A DNA stretch of 64,000 nucleotides, from assembly GCA_051294375.1 (NCBI GenBank), contig CM119268.1, positions 21,321,385 to 21,385,384 of the forward strand, written 5' to 3'. The translations under genes were made by a program, and so were the position numbers. Numbering within the stretch: the stretch's first letter is position 1; every line of letters begins with the position of its first letter. Of this stretch, positions 27,208 to 39,950 are shown piece by piece. The stretch comes from Paraspadella gotoi. Taxonomy: Eukaryota; Animalia; Chaetognatha. The notes beneath the pieces were generated by a model. The model did not search any database, had not been told where the DNA came from, and worked only from the letters and a program-made list of their open reading frames with translations.

Positions 27208-30078
27208 CTAAACTACTCCGCCCGTGTGTGTCGGGCTGACCGACGCGCCAACTCTCTGCAGGCGACCGCCTTGTCGGGATTCTCGGTCTACAACGCGTTC
27301 TCGTCGGGCGACCCTAGTCTGGCTACCGACAAAAGCCGACAACCTTACGTCTCTCGTCTTCCTGATTCCGACGCGAGATTGAAAACGAAGAACTGAACGA
27401 GAACGCGCATGAGCCTGAATCACGGATCTGAAATAGGAGGAAAGAGGAAAAGTTGGGCACTATTATCCCAAAATCACCCATTTCTGCTTCAGAATATATA
27501 TGTAAACTTAATTAATTGAAATATTCAATGCCTTAAACTCTTCCAAAATTCTTCAAGCTAATCCCGTAACTACCCTAATGACCTTTATTAATCCCTAATC
27601 CATAACAAATCTTTAAACCTAACCCTAAATACTAATCCCTAACCTAATTCCTTATCTTGAATATACTAATCTAACTTAAAAAATTAAAACCCTAGAATTT
27701 GAACTGAAAGGCAGCACTTTTGAATAAAATATGGCCAAAAGGTACAATTAGATACTTGAAGATGTAGATTTTCGGGGTAAAAGATGGCCCCAAAGTCTCA
27801 AACCTGACTTTTAATTTGCTAATCTTTTATCTAATTTTACCTTTATCAATATTATCTACATATAAAGTATGAAATTTTTTACTTTAGTTTATTTTAATAC
27901 AAAACAATTTTTCTCTATCGCCCTTGATAATTACTTTAGGCTCCCCTTATATACCCTTATTATATAGGGAATACCCTATAATTCTTTGGCCTAATATACT
28001 TAACAAAACTAATTTCTAGTAGTTTTAGTAGAAAACCCTTAGCGGTTAACCCTACCTGTAATAAAATAGGAGAAGAATGACGATGATGAAGACTGGAATA
28101 AGAAATCGTGGATTTCCGATGATTTTGAAAAGACCTTATGCAAAGAAAATAATATTTATTATAGATTCAAAGCTAATATTTGAAAAATAATTTATAAAAG
28201 TAGTTACTAAATACGTCCGATTTTTATCTACTTTTTATCGACTCAATTAATTATGAACGAGTTTATTTGTGTGTACAAAATAGATAGACAAACGGCTTAA
28301 TACGAAAATCTTTTTTTCTTTTTTAAAAAGAACCCTTTGCTAATCTATTCATCATTAGTGCATTTAGACAGTTTATGGAAGTAGTTTATAAAAAATCAAA
28401 ATTGAGGGAGAGAAAGAGGAGAAAGAAATAGAGAGAGAGATTGAGCAGAGAGGAGAGAGACGAGAGAGAGAGAGGAAGAGAGAGGAGAGGGAGAAGAAGG
28501 AGGAGAAGAGAAGAGAATTAAAGCTCCAACAAAGGTTGAGGGAAAAGACAACAACCAGAAGTGGTGAGGACAGCTGAAGTTTAGATACAGGAGGGAAAAA
28601 AAATCGTATGTGAGAATAAAATCTTTATACAACTAAAATGAAAGGAACAGAAAAGAAAATCATATACCTAAAAAAACAACAAAGACTAACCCTTGAGAGG
28701 GATGGGCCAGGTGTCGATCTCCTGCGCCAGCAACTCGGCGATGACCTCGATCCTCGAAACGGACCGCAAGATGGCGACGGCCGGAACTTTTACGACGACA
28801 GTAGCCCAAAAAAGGACAACGAGCAGAAAGAAAAATCATGAGGGACTGACATGAAAGAGGCTGTTTACGCCCGCGGCCTTGAAGGCTGACTCCTCGGAAG
28901 GACAGAATTCACCTTGGGACATTTAAGGGTTGATGAGGATGAGTAGATGACAAGAACATGACAAGAAACAATGACAAGACAATGGACAAGAACAATTACC
29001 TTCTTACCTTAAGTTTTGAAGCAGATAAACAAAAAAAGTAAGAGAAGGAGAATGAAGCAACTCAGCGCCGACATTAATGGAACGAAGAAAAGAGAAATCC
29101 AAAAACACAGTCTGGAAAATAAATAAACATTCCAATGATCCCGCATTAATCTTTAATTGCGAAATTACATAAACAATTTCATTATTCATCCAATTTAAAC
29201 ACCATAATTATGTTACTTTATTCTAAAGTCAAACATTAACGTCGAAATGAAATTGACCAGTAGGATGGCATCTGATAATCCAAATAGTTTGCCACGCGAG
29301 GCTTTTATAAATCCCGAGTCATTTTTTCTGTAGGTATGCATATTATCATTTGAGCCAATAACGAGCGTTTTTAGGCTAAATAATATAGAAGCGGTTACTA
29401 AAATAAAAAAAGGATCGAAATTGTATCTACAATATCCTTTTTTTGAGTAAATAAATTTTTTCCCATCTATATTTTTTTATTTTTTTATAATTTTTTTTTT
29501 GAAAACTTTAAAACAGCTAAGCCCCAAAAAGAAGCTATAATTGTTTGAGCTTTGAAGGCTGGTTTGTAATTATATAGGATCGCCAAACAGTTGCCTTTTT
29601 CTCTCACAGCCATCTTAGAGTTGTCAACAAATTTAAGCAACTGAAGACCTCGGATGAGCTGTTGGAAGCAGAAATAAAATGCTTTTATCATAACTTTTAA
29701 ACTTTTTTTTGACCAGATCTTAAGAAATCTTGTCTATTTGCTATTTTATGGTCGCAGCGGTAGATTCAAACCCACGTAAGATTCAAAGCACACAACATAA
29801 AAACTGACTTACTAACAAAAACGACAGCAACAAACCCTTGCCTGCGTATAGACGAGACCTAATACGTTTCGCTCCAACAAAAATTGAACGTTCCCACGAG
29901 AGACATAACGCGCCTGCTTTTTGTTCGCCGTTCGCCGCCTGGTGGTCGACAGCAGTACTTGAACTTAAAAGACGGGCGGGAAGTCGACGAGAAAAGTCGA
30001 GCCAGAGTAGCAAGGAAGTCGACGACGGAGAGACGCCAAAACTGTTGTCCCGCGTAAGTCTTCCCAGCAGAGGATCTC
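27208..30078 (-). pseudogene. Second, indel-ridden copy of the last five TMC exons (probably an assembly duplicate)
   Basis: Near-identical to 33720-36544 but with many 1-nt indels that break the frame (e.g. gtaagtcttcccag vs gtaagtctcccag); lacks the 5' exons. Confidence 0.7.
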
Positions 30079-33000
30079 TAAGATTTAGAAAGTTCAGGGG
30101 GTAAAGGCTGCCACTTGTCAGCTCTTTTTTTTTTCAAAAGTTCTCCATTCCTCAAATTAATTTGAATGCTAATATTTGACCATAATCTAAACCTTATTCT
30201 TAAACCCTAATCTTTTAACCCTAACCCTTAACCCTATGATTGGACTAAAACACCAAACCGCTTTCAATCAGTGGCCATTGGTGCCGGAGGCGAGGTCATT
30301 CACCTCCCAACCCAAATGTCCGGTTCTGGCCTGTTGGTCGCCTTGCAGTTAAGAGGGACTGGGCACGCTTAACCCGCCTGTAACACGGGTGTTAAAGCCT
30401 GCATCCGAAGCTCAGGACTGCTTAATGCTTATATTGAACAGTTCTGTCATTAACACATAAACAATAATTACTGTCTCTTCAACATAAACCTAAACCTTAC
30501 CTTATTCTTAAACCATAATTTTTAACCCTAACCGTTAACCNNNNNNNNNNNNNNNNNNNNNNNNNCGTTGGTCTTTCCGAGTCAACGACAAATAAGAGGC
30601 CGTCAAAAATCGTCGCGCGTAATATGAGATGAGAGGACGATGAGACAGAGACAGAGACAGACAATGAGACAGAAACAGACAATTAGAAAGAGACAGAGAC
30701 AGACAATGAGACAGAGACAGAGACAGACAATGAGACAGAGATAGACAATGAGACAGAGACAGAGACAGACAATGAGACAGAGACAGAGACAGACAATGAG
30801 ACAGAGACAGAGACAAACAATGAGTGAGAGACAGAGACAGACAATGAGACAGAGACAGAGATAGACAATGAGACAGAGACAGAGACAGACAATGAGACAG
30901 AGACAGAGACAGACAATGAGACAGAGACAGAGATAGACAATGAGACAGAGACAGACAATGAGACAGAGACAGAGACAGACAATGAGACAGAGACAGAGAC
31001 AGACAATGAGACAGAGACAGAGATAGACAATGAGACAGAGACAAAGACAGACAATGAGACAGAGACAGAGACAGACAATGAGACAGAGACAGAGATAGAC
31101 AATGAGAAAGAGACAGAGACAGACAATGAGACAGAGACAAACAATGAGAAAGAGACAGAGACAAACAATGAGACAGAGACAGAGACAGACAATGAGACAG
31201 AGACAGAGATAGACAATGAGACAGAGACAGAGACAGACAATGAGACAGAGACAGAGACAGACAATGAGACAGAGACAGAGACAGACAATGAGACAGAGAC
31301 AGAGACAGACAATGAGACAGAGACAGAGACAGACAATGAGACAGAGACAGAGACAGACAATGAGTCAGAGACAGAGACAGACAATGAGACAGAGACAGAG
31401 ATAGACAATGAGACAGAGACAGAGACAGACAATGAGACAGAGACAGACAATGAGACAGAGACAGAGATAGACAATGAGACAGAGACAGAGACAGACAATG
31501 AGACAGAGACAGAGATAGACAATGAGACAGAGACAGAGACAGACAATGAGACAGAGACAGAGACAGACAATGAGACAGAGACAGGATAGACAATGAGACA
31601 GAGACAGAGACAGACAATGAGACAGAGACAGAGACAAACAATGAGAAAGAGACAGAGACAAACAATGAGACAGAGACAGAGACAAACAATGAGACAGAGA
31701 CAGAGACAGACAATGAGACAGAGACAGAGATAGACCATGAGACAGAGACAGAGACAGACAATGAGACAGAGACCGAGACAAACAATGAGAAAGAGACAGA
31801 TACAAACAATGAGACAGAGACAGAGACAAACAATGAGACAGAGACAGAGATAGACAATGAGACAGAGACAAAGACAGACAATGAGACAGAGACAGAGACA
31901 GACAATGAGACAGAGACAGAGATAGACAATGAGACAGAGACAGAGACAGACAATGAGACAGAGACAGAGACAAACAATGAGACAGAGACAGAGACAAATA
32001 ATTGAGACAGAGACAGACAATGAGACAGAGACAGAGACAGACAATGAGACAGAGACAGAGACAGACAATGAGACAGAGACAGAGACAAACAATGAAGAAG
32101 AGACAGAGACAGAACAATGAGACAGAGACAGAGACAGAACAATGAGACAGAGACAGACAGACAATGAGACAGAGACAGAGACAGACAATGAGACAGAGAC
32201 AGAGACTGACAATGATACAACGACGAATGAACGAGATGAACAAATGAGACTAACGAATGCATGAGAGAACGACGAACGAATGAGACAAACGAATGAGACA
32301 AACGAATGAATGAGTCAAAAGACGAGACAGACGATGAGAGAACGACGAACGAATGAGACAAACAAATGACTGAGAGAACGACGAACAAATGAGACAAATG
32401 AACAAATGAGAGAACATCGAGACAGACGATGCGAGAACGACTCAATGAATGAGACAAACAAATGAGACAAACAAATTAATGAGAAAACAATGAACGAATC
32501 AGACAAACAAATGAGGCTAACGAATAAATAGGAGATCAACGAACGAATGAGATGAACGCATGAGTCGAACGAATGAATGAGACAAACGACGAGACAGATG
32601 ATGAACGAATGAAACTAACGAATGAGACGAACATATCAATGAAAGAACGATGAACGAATGAGACGAACGAATGAATTGGAGAACGATGAACGAATGAGAC
32701 GAAGGAATGAAAGGGAGAACGATGAACGAATGAGACGAAGGAATGAAAGGGAGAACGATGAACGAATAAGACGAAGGAATGAAAGGGAGAACGATGAACG
32801 AATGAGACGAAGGAATGAAAGGGAGAACGATGAACGAATGAGACGAAAGAATGAATGGGAGAACGCGAGACAGAGGATGAAGAGAGAGGACAATGAACTT
32901 TCGATCCTCCAACTTCGAGTTTATGACGTCGCGTTATTCTTTATTTATTCAAAAGTTACCTCCACATTTTCCTTATTATATTTCCCTTATCTATAGAAAA

Positions 33001-33088
33001 CTTTTTTTTCTCTCTTTTTTTTTTAGTTTTTCTTTTCCTTTTCTTTCTTATAGGTTTTTTATTATCTATATTCGTGACTTTCTTTCTC

Positions 33089-33168
<80 letters not shown>

Positions 33169-33658
33169 TTTTCTTTCTTACTTTCTTTCTTTCATACATT
33201 AATTCATTCTTTCTTTCTTTTCTCTCTTTTTGTTTTTATTTTTGGTTTTTTATCTCAGTTTTCTCTCTTTCTTTATTTCTCAATTAATTAATTTCTAAAT
33301 CCATCTCTTTATTTCATATCATTCGTTCTTCCCCCTCTGACTCTTTCTATCAGACTATCTTCTTTCTCCTCTATAAGTTATTCCCCTGAAATCTTTCTCC
33401 CGTCTCCGAAGACCAGGTCACCGTAATCTCAAATTCGCGCGTTCGATTCTCGCTCGATGTAATTTATTGAACAATCAACTGACTTTAAAGTAAATCAAAG
33501 ACTCTTTTGTTTGAAAAAAGATTTATAACATAAACTTTATGATAAAGATTGAAATAAAAGATAATATAATACAATCGCTGGAAATTAACAAGGTACAGGA
33601 AAATGTTTTTGTTTCGACGATTAAAAAGTCTGGTTGTTGTTGTTGTCTTTTTCGTCCA

Positions 33659-33737
33659 TTGGCGGTCGGCGGTCGGGATTCGAACCCGCGACTCCAATGG
33701 CCATAATTCAGGCGCTAAACTACTCCGCCCGTTGTGT
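33659..33737 (-). ncRNA. tRNA-like element (tRNA pseudogene or SINE head) overlapping the TMC stop codon; copy at about 27150-27225
   Basis: Minus strand reads ggcggagtagtttagcgc (A-box-like) ... ttatggc ... gcgggttcgaatcccg (B-box/T-arm) ... cgcca; acceptor and anticodon stems are imperfect. Confidence 0.5.
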
Positions 33738-33936
33738 CGGGCTGACCGACGCGCCAACTCTCTCGCCAGGCGACCGCCTTGTCGGGATTCTCGGTCTACG
33801 AACGGTCTCGTCGGGCGACCCCCTAGTCTGGCTACCGACAAAAGCCGACAACCTTACGTCTCTCGTCTTCCTGGATTCCGACGCGAGATGAAAACGAAGA
33901 ACTTGAACGAGAACGCGATGAGCCTGAATCACGGAT
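33720..33936 (-). CDS. TMC: TMC terminal exon (RSVIQAHRVLVQVLRFHLASESRK...TQRAE*)
   Basis: ttttcag acceptor, phase 2; resembles the TMC C-terminal helix (AH...L+xxL..E); TAG at 33720-33722. Confidence 0.85.
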
Positions 33937-33963
33937 CTGAAAAGGAGGAAAGAGGAAAAGTTG

Positions 33964-34301
33964 GGCACTATTATCCCAAAATCACCCATTTCTGTTCAGA
34001 ATATATATGTAAACTTAATTTTAATTGAAATATTCAATGCCTTAAACTCTTCCAAAATTCTCAAGCTAATCCCTAACCTTGATCCCTAATCCCGAACCCT
34101 AATTATTAATCCCTAATCCATAACCAAATCTTTAACCTAACCCCTAATACTAATCCCTAACCTAATCCTTATCTTGAAATACTAATCTAACTTAAAAAAT
34201 TAATAACCCTGAATTTGAACTGAAAGGCAGCACTTTTGAAAAATATGGCCAAAAGGTACAATTAGATACTTGAAGGATGTAGTTTCGGGGTAAAAGAGGC
34301 C
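33964..34301. mobile_element. Telomere-like MITE in the last TMC intron (duplicate at 27456-27789)
   Basis: ggcactattatcccaaaatcacccatt ... ttcggggtaaaagaggcc with a ccctaa array. Confidence 0.55.
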
Positions 34302-34569
34302 CCAAAGTCTCAAACCTGACTTTTAATTTGCTAATCTTTTATCTAATTTTACTTTATCAATATTATCTACATATAAAGTATGAAATTTTTACTTTAGTTT
34401 ATTTAAATACAAAACAATTTTTCTCTATCGCCCTTGATAATTACTTTAGGCTCCCCTTATTATTACCCTTATTATTATAGGGAATACCCTATAATTCTTT
34501 GGCCTTAATATACTTAACAAAACTAATTTTCTAGTAGTTTTAGTAGAAACCCTTAGCGGTTAACCCTAC

Positions 34570-34648
34570 CTGTAATAAAATAGGAGAAGAATGACGATGA
34601 TGAAGACTGGAATAAGAAATCCGTGATTCCCGATGATTTTGAAAAGAC
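34570..34648 (-). CDS. TMC: TMC exon, last TM helix (GLFKIIGNHGFLIPVFIIVILLLFYYR)
   Basis: cataag acceptor and ag|gtaggg donor; phases 1 to 2 match both neighbours. Confidence 0.88.
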
Positions 34649-34943
34649 CTTATGAAAGAAAATAATATTTATTATAGATTCAAAGCTAATATTTGAAAAA
34701 TAATTTATAAAAGTAGTTACTAAATACGTCCGATTTTTATCTACTTTTTATCGACTTCAATTAATTATGAACGAGGTTTTATTTGTGTGTACAAAAATAG
34801 ATAGACAAACGGCTAATACGAAATCTTTTTTTTTCTTTTTTAAAAAGAAACCCTATTGCTAATTCTATTCATCATTAGTGCATTTAGACAGTTTATGGAA
34901 TGTAGTTTATAAAAATCAAAAATTGAGGGAGAGAGAAAGAGAG

Positions 34944-35005
<62 letters not shown>

Positions 35006-35172
35006 AAAGCTTCCAACAAAGGGTTGAGGGAAAAGACAACAACCAGAGGGTGAGGACAGCTGAAGTTTAGATACAGGAGGGAAAAAAATCGTTGTGAGAA
35101 TAAAATCTTATACCAACTAAAATGAAAGGAACAGAAAAGAAAATCATAACCAAAAAACAACCAAAGACTAAC

Positions 35173-35392
35173 CCTTGAAGGGGATGGGCCAGGTGTCGAT
35201 CTCCTGCGCCAGCAACTCGGCGATGACCTCGGATCCTCGAAACGGACCGCAAGATGGCGACGGCGGAACTTTTACGACGACGTAGCCCAAAAAGAGGACA
35301 ACGAGCAGAAAAGAAATCATGAGGGCTGACATGAAGAGGCTGTTTACGCCCGCGGCCTTGAAGGCTGACTCCTCGGAAGGGACAGAATTCAC
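35173..35392 (-). CDS. TMC: TMC exon with the PSxxCGPF motif
   Basis: VNSVPSEESAFKAAGVNSLFMSALMISFLLVVLFLGYVVVKVPPSPSCGPFRG...WPIPFK; cccaag acceptor and g|gttagt donor. Confidence 0.92.
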
Positions 35393-35485
35393 CTTGGGAC
35401 ATTTAAGGGTTGAGAGATGAGTAGATGACAAGAACAATGACAAGAACAATGACAAGAACAATGACAAGAACAATTACCTTCTTAC

Positions 35486-35584
35486 CTTAAGTTTGAAGAG
35501 ATAAACAAAAAAGTAAGAGAAGAGAATGAAGCAACTCAGCGCCGACATTAATGGAACGAAGAAAAGAGAAATCCAAAACACAGT
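35486..35584 (-). CDS. TMC: TMC exon (TVFWISLFFVPLMSALSCFILFSYFFVYLFKLK)
   Basis: ttttccag acceptor and aag|gtaaga donor; 99 nt, phase 0-0; continues the TMC domain pattern Q-T-x-x-W...FF-x-P. Confidence 0.92.
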
Positions 35585-36308
35585 CTGGAAAATAAATAAA
35601 CATTCCAATTGAGTCGTCATTTTAATCTTTTAATTGCGAAATTACATAAACAATTTCATTATTCATCCAATTTAAACACCATAATTATGTACTTTATCTA
35701 AAGTCAAACATAACGTCGAAATGAAATTGACCAGTAGATGGATCTGATAATCCAAATAGTTTGCCACGCGAGGCTTTTATAATCCCGAGTCAGTTTTTCT
35801 GTAGGTATGCATATATCATTTGAGCCAATAACGAGGTTTTTAGGCTAAATAATATAGAAGCTGTACTAAAATAAAAAAGGATCGAAATTGTATCTTACAA
35901 TATCCTTTTTTTGAGTAAATAAATTTTTTCCCATCTATATTTTTTTATTTTTTTATATTTTTTTGAAAACTTTAAAACAGCTAAGCCCCAAAAAGAAAGC
36001 TATAATTGTTGAGCTTTGGAAGGCTGGTTTGTCAAGATATAGGATCGCCAAACAGTTGCCTTTTTTCTCTCACAGCCATCTTTAGAGTTGTCAACAAATT
36101 TTAAGCAACTGAAGACCTCGGATGAGCTGTTGGAAGCAGAAATAAAATGCTTTTATCATAACTTTTAAACTTTTTTTTGACCAGATCTTAGAAATCTTGT
36201 CTATTTGCTATTTTATGGTCGCAGCGGTAAGATTCAAACCCACGTAAGATTCAAAGACACAACATAAAAACTGATTACTAACAAAAACGACAGCAACAAA
36301 CCCCTTGC

Positions 36309-36544
36309 CTGCGTATAGACGAGACCTAATACGTTTCGCTCCAACAAAAATTGAACGTTTCCCACGAGACGACATAACGCGCTGCTTTTTTGTTCGCCGT
36401 CGCCGCCTGGTGGTCGACAGCAGTACTTGACTAAAAGACGGCGCGGGAAGTCGACGAGAAAAGTCGAGGCCAGAGTAGCAAGGAAGTCGACGACGGAGAG
36501 ACGCCAAAACTGTTGTCCCGCGTAAGTCTCCCAGCAGAGGATCT
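36309..36544 (-). CDS. TMC: TMC exon with the signature CWET motif
   Basis: EILCWETYAGQQFWRLSVVDFLATLASTFLVDFPRRLL...QFLLERNVLGLVYTQ; tcttag acceptor; ends at a non-canonical cag|gcaagg donor. Not in the ORF track in this frame. Confidence 0.93.
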
Positions 36545-36583
36545 CTAAGATTAGAGTTCAGGGGGTAAAGGCTGCACTTGTCA

Positions 36584-37133
36584 GCTCTTTTTTTTTCAAA
36601 AGTTCTCCATTCCTCAAATTAATTTGAATGCTAATATTTGACCATAATCTAAACCTTATTCTTAAACCCTAATCTTTAACCCTAACCCTTAACCCTATGG
36701 TGGACTAAAATCCACCAACCGTTCATCAGTGGCCATTGGTGCCGGAGGCAAGTCATTCACCTCCCAACCCAAATGTCCGGGTTCTGGCCCTGTGGTCGCC
36801 TTGCAGTTAAGAGGGACTGGGCGCTTAACCCGCCTGTAACACGGTGTTAAAGCCTGATCCGAAGCTCAGGGACTGCTTAATGCTTATATTGAACAGTTCT
36901 GTCATTAACACATAACAATAATTACTGTCTCTTCAACCATAACCTAAACCTTTACCTTATTCTTAAACCATAATTTTTAACCCTAACCGTTAACCCTAAA
37001 ATTTAGTCCTTAATCCTTAGTTCCTAACCCAAATAAATAATCTAATTCCTTACCCTAATTCTCAATCTAATCCCTACATTAATCCAATATTTAAAATTTA
37101 TAATGTAATGGGGTATTCTGGGAAAATAATACC
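36584..37133. mobile_element. Telomere-like MITE in a TMC intron, carrying a nested insert of about 240 bp
   Basis: Right end aatggggtattctgggaaaataat is shared with the other copies; ccctaa arrays lie on both sides of a GC-richer insert at about 36697-36935. Confidence 0.6.
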
Positions 37134-37240
37134 AAATAAGACCCAATTTTTTTCTTAAAAGTTACTTTAATCAACTTGTTAAGGTTTTCCTTTTTCTCTC
37201 GTTATAAACATACAATACATACATACATACATACAATAAC

Positions 37241-37303
37241 CTGGTTCATCGTCATAAAGACAACTGCCACAAACCGTCTTTCTTTCGTCCTTGCAAATGA
37301 ATT
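37241..37303 (-). CDS. TMC: TMC exon (Cys-containing loop EFICKDERKTVCGSCLYDDEP)
   Basis: ttgcag acceptor and cag|gttatt donor; 63 nt, phase 1-1, joins the flanking exons in frame. Confidence 0.85.
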
Positions 37304-37484
37304 CTGCAATTAAAAGAATTTTAACAATTACATCTATGCCTTTGGCGAAAAAAGCCTTCATTTAAAAATAGTAATTTTTTTTTTTTTAATTTCTTTACGA
37401 AATTAGTGACCAAAAGATTAAACAAATTATTCATTAGCTGATCCATTCACAGAACAAATCAACTTATTCCCTTAAACACTTCAC

Positions 37485-38982
37485 CTTTTGATATGGAATA
37501 AATAAGGACGGTGAGTGAAAGCAGCTTTAACACGACGAGTCTGAGTAATTTCATTTTTAACTCCTTCATCGGATCCCATTTTTCTATTTTCGCCACAAAA
37601 TCCAGCAAGATTGGGACAAAGGCATTTAGAGCGGTTATTACTAATGTGGGGAGATAGTTGACGAAGAGCACCCAAATGAACAAATTCTCCTTTGAGAAGG
37701 GGTTCGATCTTTCTGCTTTTCCTGGCGTGCGGTTTTCCTTTGAATACAACATGGCTGTGTAGATGACAGCACCTGAGACGACAAGCAAAACCACCACAAT
37801 CAGGTTGGTGACGACACGGACAAAGAAGCGAAGGCATCGTTCTTTGCGGCTGCGCCTCACTTCTTCGAGCAAACGTCGCCTCTCGTTGAGTTCGACTCGA
37901 AGAAGATGGCAAAGATGAAAACGATTTCGCCGACTCATCTCTTCTCTCGTGACGCAAAAGTCCCACCCGACAAACACAAGATTAAAGCAGGTATAGTAAG
38001 CGTCTTCGGCGCGAGAGAGCATCCTCTGTCGGAGACCAGAGGCTGAGTTTCGGATCATAGCGAGCAGCCAGAAGAGGCCCCAAAAGAAGGTGACCAGAAG
38101 ATAAGCCAAGGGCATGTCATATTTGGAATCCCGACTCAGCCCACCATAGAATGAACCGTTGGTGTCAATGGGACTGTAGTTGCCGTAAAAGAGAATAGAA
38201 TTTTCCATAAATCCGGTACCTTGAAAGAAATCTACCACGGGTTTAGTGAGTTTGTAGATAAACCTCAGACCATCATGTGTGGAGTTCAAAGTGACTAGAT
38301 CTTGAGAAACTTGGGATAGATTATAGTCGGAGTCCTTTAGTATTTCCTCGTTGTATTTGAGTGAACATTGAAGAACAATGGAGTTTTCAGAGCGTTTGGT
38401 TGTTGGAGTCAAAGTAGACACATTTAAGTCATTTTGATTTGACTTGTCAAGACCCTCGGACGACCCATTGGAGAGAATGACCCTGGGCGATGCAAAGACG
38501 GACTTTTGTGAAGTGTTCGGGTAAATGACGAAAAAGAGAAAGATGGCGAAGACGAAGAGATTCCGATAGAAAAGCCACTGGACGAAATCGAAGAAGGAGG
38601 AAATCGCCGTCCCGTATTGCGTCTCTACGGATCGGACGAACCCGTTGAGTGGAAGGATTGTGTTGCCGAGATCCGAGAGGTCGGACCAGAGACGACCGCA
38701 GCAGCCCTGGGGATGATGAGGGTGAGAGGATTTCATCGTTGGAAAGTCTAAGGGATCTGTGAGGCATGAAAACTCACCTGCGTCACTTCCAGCGAATCCC
38801 GCAGCAGCATTTCCGAATTCGTCGGGTGAGACGCGCCGTTTCCCCGCCGCAGCCGCAGCCGACGCTTCGCCTCCTCCTCCGCCCGCAGCCGATCTTCGTA
38901 CGCAGCACGGGCGAAGCGGCGTCCGACGCTCCGCTGCGTCCGCCGCTTCGGGAGCAGCCGCGTGGAGAGGCGACGAAAGAGA
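37485..38982 (-). CDS. TMC: Transmembrane channel-like protein (TMC4-8 group, TMC7-like), large exon; acceptor lies in or next to the N gap at 38983-38992
   Basis: TMC motifs VETQYGTAISSFFDFVQWLFYRN, GTGFMENSILFYGNY, YDMPLAYLL, VFVGWDFCV, YLPTLVITALNAFVP and KIEKW; donor aag|gtgaag. Confidence 0.95.
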
Positions 38983-39267
38983 NNNNNNNNNNTGATAATA
39001 ATGACTATAATGACGACAATGATAAACACTGTGCAAGAGATTTTTACATGTAGGAAATGGATGTAAAACTGATGTAAAAACGTGATGGTGGATTTTTTCT
39101 TAGAAAAAAAAAGGGATTTTTCAGTTTTGGATGAAAAAAAATGAGAACCGAATAAAATGTTTTCGTGATTTTAAATTTGAAAGGAAAAGCGAAAAGAGGT
39201 TGAGAAAAACTGAGAAAAATTGGAGAAATCTTAAAATTGCTTTCGCTTTAATATTTAAATAAAAGGG

Positions 39268-39329
<62 letters not shown>

Positions 39330-39950
39330 TTCTTCAGTTCGCTAACTCATATTGACAAAAATGTGACTTTTTATCGGATTTTACTTAAATGGTTGTTTAA
39401 TCTGAAGTCAAAAGTACAACACTTAACTTTTACACTTTTTATGTCGAAAGATGAAGAAATGCCGGAATAACCGAATTGATATATTTGATTAATGTACATT
39501 TATTATGTATTCTTAATCATAATTTCAAACCATATTCCCTAATCTTAACCCCCTAACCTGCTTCTTCACACTAATCTAATTCACACACTACTCTTTATTA
39601 CACTACTCTTCAATAAAACCAAATAAACTAAACTAAACCAATCAATAAAAACTAACCAAACCAATCAAACCAACCAATCTAACAAATGAAACCAAACCAA
39701 CCAAACCAAACTAACCAATGAAACAATCAAACCAAACCAATCAAAATGAAACCAACCAATCAACATGGGTATAAGCCAAGAATCAAGTCCATACCAATAC
39801 TAACCATGTCAAACCAATCAATACCAACCAAACCAAAGGCCAATCGCTATCAATTAACGAATCATATACTAAACCAATCAAATCAAAAAAAAATTATAGC
39901 CTAAACCAATCTAAACCAAGCCAACAAACCCAACCCCACCTCAAACTTAC

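Larger units (their letters stand above)
24057..36995. repeat. About 6.45-kb direct tandem duplication (24057-30540 and 30566-36995) separated by a 25-N gap
   Basis: Both copies start cgttggtctttccgagtc and end accgttaacc; even satellite unit variants occur in the same order. Confidence 0.95.

Noticed and set aside
23768-32457. Long 500-660 aa ORFs (SLSHCL/SVSVSL repeats)
   Set aside because: Translations of a stop-free 24-bp satellite, open in several frames, with no splice or codon evidence.
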